From the NCBI GenBank assembly GCA_009103225.1, contig RHPI01001037.1, forward strand, positions 962,912 through 1,026,911: DNA of 64,000 nucleotides, in the 5' to 3' direction. This DNA comes from Chlorokybus atmophyticus (taxonomy: Eukaryota; Plantae; Mesostigma and Chlorokybus algae). The notes under the pieces are model-generated. The model did no database searches, was not told where the DNA came from, and was given only the letters and a program-made list of their open reading frames with translations. Made by a program: the position numbers and the translations under genes. Shown here piece after piece: positions 13,868 to 23,881 of the stretch (the stretch's first letter is position 1; every line of letters begins with the position of its first letter).

Positions 13868-14830
13868 CTATGCATTGATTGCAACAGCCGAGATAGGTGT
13901 CATTGCTGTTTTGCGCTGCTGCAACTGACACATCAGGGGCCAGGGGTCCTGACCGCGCCACAGTGCCTTGCATAGCCGACGAACTTCCTTGCGTGTAAAA
14001 ATCCAGTCCATGTGTGTAAGAACAACATCTCCGCTTGAGTTGTGCGATGTTTGCCGCTTGACAAAACTAAAATAGCACTGCCCTGCGTTGCGCAGGGTTC
14101 CTTCCACCACAACTTCCTCCGCCACCTCCATTTGATTCCAGACCCCCACGTCCTCTACGTCCTCCTTCAGATCAAAGCACAACTGCTGGATTGCTACCCA
14201 CCCTTTTCCATTGCTGCTCCTAGACATCTTCAAGTTGCGACGGTGCGGCTTTGCATGCTTCAGCCTTTCACCATCCGCGGCAAGAAGGTCCAGAGCAAAG
14301 CAGTCCACTTCCATCTGCTCAACAACTAGAGCGAGCCTCTCCTGCGTGGCTGCAGCAACACCAAGACCCTCGCCGTCACGCGTGTACGAATCATAAACAA
14401 TAATAGATAACTCGTCGCCACGGCCATCATCTTCAACTAAGCAACACCCGTGGAAATGCAGGAGAAGATTGTGACCATTGTGCCGCGCTGTGCAGAAGAG
14501 CATGCAATTCCACGTTTCGCCCATGTCCTTCGAACTCTACATATCTTTTGTAACAACAGTTCACGTAAGCGAGCAGCCTGGGATGCGATGGCCATGTCCG
14601 TTGGTAATACTCCTCGTCAACATCATCAGCTGCTGCCTTCCAGAGTGCGTGCTTACGCTTCGCACCTGCGCGCGGTCTTTCTCACTCAAAGCAGCTATGA
14701 TCTGCCGCAACATGTCGCCCTCAAACACCTGCTTTGCCAAGGCCTTGGCTGCGAGCGTGGCTGCGTCCTTAATGGGGTCATCAACATGCTCGGCAACACG
14801 CGGCCTGGACAAACACTTGATCCGTGCCAT
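13868..14830 (-). pseudogene. F-box-like paralog P2, frameshifted
   Basis: KQVFEGDMLRQIIAALSEKDRAQVRSVS, then frameshift, then LWKAAADDVDEEYYQRTWPSHPRLLAYVNCC, then frameshift, then WNCMLFCTARHNGHNLL..DGEGLGVAAATQERL..CFALDLLAADGERL. Each piece aligns to P1. Confidence 0.75.
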
Positions 14831-15781
14831 ACCGCTGCACAGACACACAGCGGTGTTAGCAGCTGAGGGGTGTTAGAAGCTGGACTGGGGACAACTGCAA
14901 ACAACTAACTATCTTGGCACCAACGATTTGGCCTCACGGCATGAAAACACCTAGTACTAGCCTAAGCTTTTGACCCAATCATTGGTTCTCCGTCTCGCAA
15001 ACACATGATGCATTGCCTTCCAACAACAGAGTTGGTTGTTCTATCTAAGTGGTAGCTTACAAACATCATGCGTTTGCACCAACTGACTTGAAGGATCGGA
15101 TGCTGTAGGACAAGCGGCCTGCACATAATGTAGGCTGCTTGGTATGCTTCCCATGAGCGAGGAAGGAATGAAACCCTATGCTGATACGCTGCTAACAAGC
15201 ACGACGCAAGTGCAGTGCTGCCAAGTAAGACTAGCAGCCACGGTCTAGACACTGGAACTTTACAAATGCATGCGAAAGCTAACCTGAGTGTGCGCTTTGC
15301 TGTAGCCTTGGCCGGCTCAATTCCATAACAGGCGGGACAGGAGAAAAGAGGGTGTTGGCTAGCAAGCCGCCACAGAGCTGGCAAATGCCACTCAGACCGC
15401 CGCCGCCTAGAAACAACGTCACGTCAGCACGCTTTAGCGCAAGAAACGAGAGGATTTGGTACTTACTTGATTCAGATTCTTTTGCGTGGGTTTTGCTTGC
15501 TTCGGCCTTAGCTGCTGGAGCTCTGCATTACTGTACCGGGCAAGTATGTGGGGTTATGTGGAGTACCCCATCAGCGAGCATGAAACAATCCGTGTGCATG
15601 CAGCACATATCACATGCATCCCTACTGGTGTGTGATGTGCTGTGCTTCGTCTACATGCCCCTATCTTGCATCATATATTTAGACACAAATCTGATGGACA
15701 ACATCAAGAGTTTAAGTGCATCAAAACACCTTCCTACTACGTAAGCCATGGCTCTATGTGCACGCAGCCACGAAGGCGCGC

Positions 15782-15971
15782 GGGGGGGGGGGGGGGGGGG
15801 GGNNNNNNNNNNNNNNNNNNNNNNNNNNNNNNNNNNNNNNNNNNNNNNNNNNNNNNNNNNNNNNNNNNNNNNNNNNNNNNNNNNNNNNNNNNNNNNNNNN
15901 NNNNNNNNNNNNNNNNNNNNNNNNNNNNNNNNNNNNNNNNNNNNNNNNNNNNNNNNNNNNNNNNNNNNNNN

Positions 15972-16031
<60 letters not shown>

Positions 16032-16070
16032 CTCTCTCGCTCTCGCTCTCGCTCTCGCGATCTCTCGCTT
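15782..16070. repeat. Poly-G (21 nt), 169-N assembly gap, then (CT)n degenerating to (CTCGCT)n
   Basis: Read directly: G 15782-15802, N 15803-15971, CT run from 15972. Confidence 0.95.
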
Positions 16071-16108
16071 GCGCGTGCGTTCGCCATGGTGATGCTGTTG
16101 TGCATAGT

Positions 16109-16930
16109 ATGAACGCTGCCAGCTGTGTCTATAGCTGGGCTGATAGCATAAGTAGCAAACCGACACAGGTGTTTGATTGTCATGCTGTCCACGTTGTGTG
16201 CGCCAACAGACATTGTGCCCTCAAACATTTTTCAACATGTGCAAGCTTTAAGTGAGAGCTTGCAAGCGCGTCCAAAAAGCAATATGGGTCCATACATGGC
16301 TTAGAGTGGCTAAGGGTGCCAAAGACCTCCAACCTCGCCTTTGCTTTTGTGAAGCACAACGGGCGCAATCTTCTCAAGCCTTAAGAGCCTGATGGATGGG
16401 ACAACGAACGCATTGGCAATTGCCTTATTCTAACTAACTACACGCCCGACGGCGACCACGGGTACAGTCCAGCCACGAGACAGACGCTGACATCCATAGC
16501 AGAACAAATCACCATGGAAACCTTCATATTGAGGTGCGGATGGAGAGCTGCTCCAAGTAGAAACGCAGTGCCTTCTCAAACAGGATTCACAACCTTGGGA
16601 CGTGGGGAGTAACCTTGGCTTGAGGTGCTCTTTCCTACCAAGCAAGGCAGCAGCTACTTTGCGGGGGTCTTGATCCTCACATTCGAAAGCGTGCAAAGGT
16701 CCGACAACCTGAGTGACTACGTCTTGAAAGGCGGGCGCTGGGGCCTTATGGAGACGCCAAAACTTCAAAGAACGCTTTCCAGTCGATTCCAGGCGTAGTT
16801 CATATGCCCATTGCAGTGGTTCACACAAAGTAAAACGTGTTATCAGTTGCGAAGGTGGCATCCAGTGTTGTGACTGTTGTGATTGTCTGTTAGTCAATCA
16901 CTTTATGCGGCCAGTGGAAACTGATGTGTT
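16109..16930 (+). pseudogene. F-box-like paralog P3 (F-box part largely lost; stop and frameshift)
   Basis: TSNLAFAFVKHNGRNLLKP-TAA(16382)-EPDGW..YTPDGDHGYSPATRQTLTSIAEQITMETF. Close nucleotide copy of 17260-17850. Confidence 0.75.
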
Positions 16931-16954
16931 GTAACACATCAGTTTCCACTGGCC
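16909..16954. repeat. Perfect 22-bp inverted repeat with 2-nt spacer at the P3/P4 junction
   Basis: GGCCAGTGGAAACTGATGTGTT + GT + AACACATCAGTTTCCACTGGCC. Confidence 0.95.
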
Positions 16955-16969
16955 ATCTTCTGTTCCAGT

Positions 16970-17689
16970 ATGCAGTATAGGAGTGCTGAGGCGACCAGCG
17001 CAGCAGTGACAACGCAGGTTTACAAGAATGGCGATCTGGTGCGCTTGATTACGAGATCGTTGAGTTCTAAAGACAGAGCACTGGTTTGCTGCATCAACAA
17101 GCTCTGGAAGCAGTCAGCCGATCATGTCGAAGAGGAATCATCATTCCTCATGATGTTACCAGCAGACGCTGAAGGGTCACGTGCGTAATTGTTGCGCAAT
17201 ATAGACAAGGTTAAAGGCATACACCATAAAGTTGGAAAAGGCACATGGCCTACAGTCGAGAGCGCTTCAGAGACCTCCAAACTCGCCTTCGCCATTACAA
17301 AGCACAACAAGCGTAACCTTCTCAAGCCTTAAGAACATGACGGATGGGAGTGCATTGACGATTGCCTCATTCTTACACACCACACGTCCGACGGCGACCA
17401 CGTGTACAGTTCAGCCACGCAAGAGACGCTGACATCCATAGCAGGACAGATTACTATGGAATCCTTCATGGTGAGGCATGCGGATGTAGAGCTTCAAATA
17501 GAAACGCAGTGCCTCCTTGAACAGGATATCCAACCTTACATGGAGAATAAGCTCTTCTTCAAGGTGCTCTTTCCTACCGAGCAGGGCAGCAGCTACTTTC
17601 AGCTCTTGATCCTCGAATTTAAAAGCGTTTAAAGGTTTGACAGCCTGAGTGATCATGTCTTGAGGCGGGCGCCGGGTTGGGCCTCATAG
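16970..17689 (+). pseudogene. F-box-like paralog P4, single frame with three in-frame TAA stops
   Basis: QVYKNGDLVRLITRSLSSKDRALVCCINKLWKQSADHVEEE. TAA at 17186, 17330 and 17630 in one frame. ETSKLAFAITKHNKRNLL, HTSDGDHVYSSATQETLTSIA and LQIETQC align to P1. Confidence 0.8.
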
Positions 17690-19040
17690 AGACGCCAGAA
17701 CTTTAAAGGACGCTTTCCGGTAGCTTGCAGGTGTAGTTCAAATGGCATTTGCAGTGGTTCACACAAGGTAGAACATGCCAACGTGGCATCAAATGTTGCA
17801 GTTAATATGTGTTAGTCAGTCACCTTATGCGGCAGGTGGAAACTCATGTGTCTGGTTTTTGGACTTCATGGATATGCCACCATGCTTGCGTTCATGTTCT
17901 TTGTGGTATGTTGCACAAAAGGTGTATGTGTACCCGATGCAATGCGTGCAACCTGCATGTAGTTAACTATGGCAGACATGCAGGTTACAAGCAATGTTTT
18001 GGGTACACCACAATGTAAAAAAGGCAAGCATATTTGTAACCTGTATGTCACAGTTGCACGACATATGATGGAAAATGCATTACTTATGCAGCTACAGCCA
18101 TGATACCAGGACTAAGCCAGCCTTCTCATTGGCGTGTGTGATTCGAAACACTTGGCAAATCAATGCCTCTCTTCTGGTGAAGTTTGTGCTACCAGCGGTT
18201 TGCCTACTGACTCCGAATTGCGAATTTATACTTGGCAGTCGCAACTGAGTAAATGGCAGCGGCCACAGAATGAAGCCAAAAGCACTGCGTCGCTGCGCTG
18301 GTGGCATATTGTGCAGAGTGCTGCACGCGTGCATCGAGTGCCGTGTAGAGGCAATGCTTTGTGACGTGGGCAGAGATGCGCAGTCCTCGACTGCATGTGC
18401 CTGATCCCGACGGCAGAGGAGGATGTGGTCCTCGCAGGCGCTGGGGAGCGCGGGTAGTTGCGTGCTAGCGTGCTAGTGTGCGCCGCTGTCGCGTGGCTCT
18501 GTGCAGGACGTCATTGCTGTTATGTGTGCGCTTAGACAGCCATGGTCATGACTGGTACCCACTGTACGTCTGTGCTTAATGCCAAGTAGTTTGCATGATG
18601 CCTGATGTACGTCCTAGTCATTCAGTTGACGACAGAGATTGTGAAGAGCTTGTCTGGTGCCATGTTGTTGAGGGATAAGTGTGCTTTGCCAATATTCAAT
18701 CAGCATGCAACTGCTTTCTCAGCAGCCTACGCGCTGACAAGGGAACAGAGAATATATGTGACAGCAGCCTTGCAGCATACCCTCTTTTGTACACCGCTTG
18801 GACTGCCGGCAGTACAAGCAATCATAACACCCTCACTTGCAACCTAACATCCACACTAACCTGATACCAGTGCACCATGCATTGTCCAACTACAGGTAGT
18901 GTCCAACACTATCTAAGCAACTCAGCGAAAGCCGCATCAATGCGATGCTTGTGTCCTGCAACCATGTTGCATATACCGAATGCCACGCTAGGCTAATAAA
19001 CACCAGGCAACGGCATAGAAGCGCCTTGCACAATCAAGAG

Positions 19041-20425
19041 TTAGGGTTGCTTAACCAAGTCACAAACCTGGTCTGCAAGCGCCGCTGCTGTATTGTTCTT
19101 GCCAAAAAATTTGACAAACTCCCCTTGCGGATTCACAAGGTACCTGCGACACGCAATGCAACAAGCGTGATCACTAAGGCACAGGCAATACAACGAGCAA
19201 ATGTTGCATAGCAGTACAGATGATGCCTCACATGATGATAGAGTGATCCACCAAGTAGTCCTTGGTTTCATCTGTCTTTGTGTAATACACGCGGTACGCC
19301 CGTGCAGCCTCCTTTACCGATTCAACTGAGCCGGTAAGGCCAACCAACCTGGGATGAAAGTCTGCACCGCCATGGCAAGCATGAGCAACTTTGCTGACTG
19401 AAAAATTTGCACCATGCATGCCTACCTTTCACATACTCTGCAACTCTTTGAACCGTGTCCCGATCCGGGTCGACAGATATGAACACGGGGAATATCTTCA
19501 CGCCACATCGCTTTTCTGTATAAACCGATGGTGTATGAGCGCCACCATATTACATTTACAGCAGCTCACTTTGCGATTACTGCATTGATTTCTACACTGT
19601 CTTCACAGCACAACCCAATGTACCTATCAGGTTTAAGGCTTCAGACATCTTCACCAGTTCATCAGGGCAGATGTCGGGACACAGCGTGAAGCCAAAGTAA
19701 AGGAGGGACCATTTACCCAGCAGGTCCTTATCGGAAAAGGCATTTCCGTTATGATCTATCAACTTGAAGGGACCACCAATAGCAGCTTGGCCAACTGATG
19801 CGGTGGACGTGACAGCTGCACAAGAGAAGTGAATTCGTTGCATCCAGATGTTATTGGTGTCACAATTGTGCACCAGTAATGCGATGCTAAATGTTGATTA
19901 GAGTACCTTGAAGTTTCTTTTGTCTCTCGCGGTCGAAGAGCACCACCAGTCCCCCTGTAGTCAACGCCAGGAGCCCGAAACTCAACCAAGTCACTGGCTG
20001 AGCACACAACATCACAAGGTACACATGAGAGCTGACACAAACCCGGACACCTTGTATACATAGTTGATACCCAAACTGCTGTCAAGCACGCAGAGGCTTC
20101 CACAAAGGACACGCTCCCTTGCGCAGAGTGCGTGCATTCATGCAGCGAAGCAAACAAATGCAAAAGTGCATGTATGCATGCAGGGGTTGGACTGCACTGA
20201 GCGCCATGCAAACTGCATACAGCAGCTTACGGAGGTTTTGCGGAAAGGTGCTGCTCCAGCAGGCGGTGCAACCTTCGAGTACATGCGCGCAGGTGCTACT
20301 TGTGCATGAGCTTGGCAGCAGGCGACAGGCTCAGACGAGCGTGGCGCAAACGCAGACGTCTGTGCTTGGTCACGAACCAGCCACCGCCGCCTTGCCAGCT
20401 GTCGTGCAACAGCTTGCCAGGCCAT
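19041..20425 (-). CDS. SCO1: SCO1/SenC (HCC1-type) mitochondrial copper chaperone for cytochrome c oxidase, spliced
   Basis: Presequence [69 protein letters not shown] (CxxxC), [36 protein letters not shown]. Confidence 0.96.
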
Positions 20426-20460
20426 GATACTACTACCCTGAGCTATGAAACAGTGCGTGA

Positions 20461-20709
20461 TTAAAGGTCCTGCTGCTTGCCCTCCTGGAAGTCCTTGGTG
20501 CGCTCCTGGAAGGCCTTGTCGGCCTCGGCGATGGCCCGGAGCCTGCCGGCGAGCTCCTCCGAGCGGCGGCGGTTCTCCTGCAGCTCCGGCCTGATCCACA
20601 CAACGTAAGCCACGACGCCAGCAAGAGCCCAGGCGGCAAGCCCCTGACCACCAAAACCCACCGACTGCGACACTAGCTGCCTAAACCGCCGCCCAGCACT
20701 CCCCGCCAT
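20461..20709 (-). CDS. Small single-pass membrane protein (82 aa, intronless), resembles a conserved uncharacterised plant family
   Basis: MAGSAGRRFRQLVSQSVGFGGQGLAAWALAGVVAYVVWIRPELQENRRRSEELAGRL. One TM (LAAWALAGVVAYVVW) followed by a charged helical tail; GC-rich coding-like codon usage. Similarity to a plant family (xWxxAGxxAYxxWxKP) is from memory and not database-verified. Confidence 0.75.
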   Translation of the reverse strand: MAGSAGRRFRQLVSQSVGFGGQGLAAWALAGVVAYVVWIRPELQENRRRSEELAGRLRAIAEADKAFQERTKDFQEGKQQDL

Positions 20710-20904
20710 AGGCTTCAGCAAAAACTTTAATCCGCCTCTGCCGTCGCCGCCGCCGCTTTCTTAGTGCCGTTGTCGTCGTCGTCGTTGTAGGCTTTGTCGG
20801 CGTTGTTGACGCCTGCTTTGTGCGGGGTTCTCTCCGCAGCTGGTGTCTTTGTGTGCACAGCTGCCTGCTGTGTGGAAGGGCGGCGGGGACGGCTGCAGCT
20901 GGCA

Positions 20905-23193
20905 ATGAAGGCCAGAAGGAGAGCGGTAGAGGAGGAGGAGGAGGAGGAGGAGGAGGAGGAGCAGCAGGAGGAGAGGTTTGAAGGAAGGGCTGCTCGGCGC
21001 GGCAGCGGCGGCAGCAACAGGAGGAGAGGGGGCGAGCTAGGGACGGGTGGGAAGCCCAGTGCCAGGGAGGAGGACGACGAGGAGGAGGAGAGCGACGGAG
21101 ACGGGCAGCGAGCGGATGGCGACGAGGATGCGAGCACCAGCGGCAGCGATGGTGGTGAGGTACGAGTTCTAGCAGGGCTTGACAAGCTGAGAGCCGGAGT
21201 TGGCCTGTACAACTATCTTGCCCGCCGCCGATTATTCCACAAGCACTGGTTTCTACAGAGAAGTTGCGCGTGTTGCTTACATGTCACATTGCTTGCGTTT
21301 CACATTGTTATGCATTAATCAAGTAGCAACAAGAGTTGTCAAAGAACTGAACATAGTCTCTTCCGTGCTTGCGGGCACCCCTGTGCAGTTGCGTTAGTTG
21401 TTTGTTTGCGTGGTCTACATAATCGGTAGACCGATCAACTGGCATGTTTGATAGGTGGGACTGCCTGTTAGTTTTTTGCTGCAATTGTAGACGATTACAG
21501 TATAATAGCGCATTTAGGTGTGGGGACTTGCAAGTCTTTGTGCTTGGTACCCACCCACAACGCAGCCGCGTGCAGATCACACAGTGACATCTCATAGAGA
21601 TCTCAGGATCCCATTAATGACAAACCTCACTGGCAGTCAGAGGGCGACGCAATGGAGAGGGAACTGGAGGCCCAACTAGCCGAAGTGCCCTTTGAGGAGC
21701 TGGAGCTGTTGCGCCAGGATGGCCGCACTGGACCCTCTACCTTCCAGAGACTCGCGTCAAGCATGCGGAAACTGCCCAAGAAGGAAGACCTGAAAAGAGC
21801 TAACAAAAACAGGTTTGTAGCTGGTGACGTCATGCTTCATGCTGTGACTGACAAGTAGAGTGGTTCTGCGCTGCGTTATCATTCATGCAGTACTGTACTG
21901 AAGTCACGTACTCTGCATAACTGTGCTTGATATGATATTTGTGCAGAGTTCAGAGCTGTTGAAGAGCTTGCAGAACAACAGCTCTTGGCACTACTAGGTC
22001 ATTATGTTTTAGCGTTCATGTGTACTTGCAGGCCGCAAGAGTTGTCTTCAAAACGACCTGTCCCGCGATTCCGGGAAGTCATTTCACTGCCAAAGGTGGA
22101 GCATTGGCTTGTTATAATTGTCACCACCTCGAGTCGAGTTGCACACTGCACAAGCATGGTCTGACATCGTGCTTGACATTGTTCTTGAACAGGTCGGTCA
22201 GGATCCCCGCTTTGATGATACGGTGGGGCAGTTCGATAAAGACAGGCAAGTATCCAATCAGCATGTGTGACTCATATAATAAGCATTCTGTTTGGGTCGA
22301 CCGCCTCTCTCACGCCTTGTGTTGTCGTGAAAGACATGTATCAGTAAGTTTGTTGCTTGAATTGGAATTCATGCCCTATCCTGATTCTTTGTCAACAAGT
22401 AGACAGCTTATCTCACTAATGGCGATTGTAGGTTCCGCGCACAATACAAGTTTTTATTTGACGAACAGCTACCGGCTGAGAAGCAGGTTGAGTTTTGAAG
22501 CTGGATAGAACGCGCTAGCGCTAACCTGTCGCTATATTGCTGACCGCATTCTTGCAGAGGCTAAGTGCTGAGATGAGCAAAGAGAAGGACCCTGAGCGGC
22601 GCGCAGAGTTGAAGGAAGCCTTGCAGCGGATTGTAAGTGCTCGTCTGGTCAGCGTGTGTTGATACCATGCACATTCCATCTGCACAAGTTGGCTGACAAG
22701 GCTCTTATCACAGAACAACCAGCTGAAACAAGAAGAGCAGCGGCGCAAGCAGCAGACGCGTCTGCAGGAGATGAAGCACAAAGAGAAAGAGGCTGTTAAG
22801 TCGGGCAAGCGACCCTACTACCCCAAGAAATGTGAGTGCGCATCAGAACCTCATATACCAGGCTGCTTGCTTTGATGTTGCCAGTATGTGCATCATACTG
22901 GTTCTTGACTTGTGTTGGTGTTACAGCTGAGCTACGGAAAGCGCTGCTGCTGGACAAGTACAAGGAGTTGAAGGTGAGCGTGTGTCTGCTTGATTGAAGA
23001 GATTGTAATGTTGTGCTGGCATGTGCCAGCAGATGCTGTGATGCGTGTTCCCAGCTGTAGCCTGTTGGGCTGCTATTGATGTGGTTGCGTCATGTAGGAA
23101 AATGGCAAACTGGACACCTACCTGGCAAAGCGCCGCAAGAAGAATGCTGCCAAGGATCATCGATACGTCCCATACAGAAGTCAGAAGTCATAA
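20905..23193 (+). CDS. RRP36: rRNA biogenesis protein RRP36 (DUF947), spliced
   Basis: Acidic N-terminus. KRANKNRPQELSSKRPV, DPRFD, FRAQYKFLF, EAVKSGKRPYYPKKSELRK..DKYKELK, KRRKKNAAKDHRYVPY. Confidence 0.92.
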
Positions 23194-23881
23194 TTGTGTG
23201 GTGCTGTTGCTGCCTGTTCAAGTGGATTGTTCAATCATGAGGGTACACGAGGAACCTACAGGGGACAAGGGTGGCCGGCAATGCTCTACACATTCCTTGC
23301 CCGAAGCAACCTGGCAGTCTTTTGCGTTGGAGCAAGAGCTGCTAGCCATGCTTGCTTGCCACAGTTGATACCTGGCATCTATCTATTAAGCTCTGCCACA
23401 CATGCGCAACCATGGGGATGCATTTGCGCACCAAAACCAAGCTAGCAAGTAGACAACATATTGCATGGGACGTGAGCTTAGATGTTGCTATGGGGATTCC
23501 GAAGTGTTCTAGCTTTTTCTCCTTTACTTGGTTAGAACACGTGGAGTTTGTTCAAGACCAACTTGGCGTGGCTTCATGCTTTGCTCAAGCCCAACAGGTT
23601 GCCCATTTACGTGGCATTGCTTTGGGAAACTGGTAGTTTGGGGCAGACAAGTTGCATGAACTCCGACCAATCACAACGAGTGTCAATTGTTGCTGATAGC
23701 CCTGAAGGTCCATGTTTCATTGAAGGCAGGAGTTCCTGGATTGGTAACTTATCCCCAATGGTTTTCAAGTTTACTCTGCCAGCGCAATGCACAGACCAAG
23801 ACACAAGCTGGTGTCAATCAAGCCATACAGGAGCAGCCCAAATGACAAACCACAACTTGCCGGACAAAGCATGCAATCATA

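Noticed and set aside
14962-15384. 140-aa ORF with CPAC and CIMC motifs between P2 and P3
   Set aside because: No coherent Zn-finger spacing or homology that I can recognise. Probably 5' region of P2.
16382-17632. In-frame TAA codons at positions where paralogs have Gln (CAG/CAA), suggesting a TAR=Gln genetic code
   Set aside because: Conserved genes here end at TAA or TAG at expected positions (RRP36, MCM7, SCO1, Hikeshi-like, YchJ), and I saw no in-frame TAR in their exons. CAA>TAA is a common nonsense mutation in pseudogenes.
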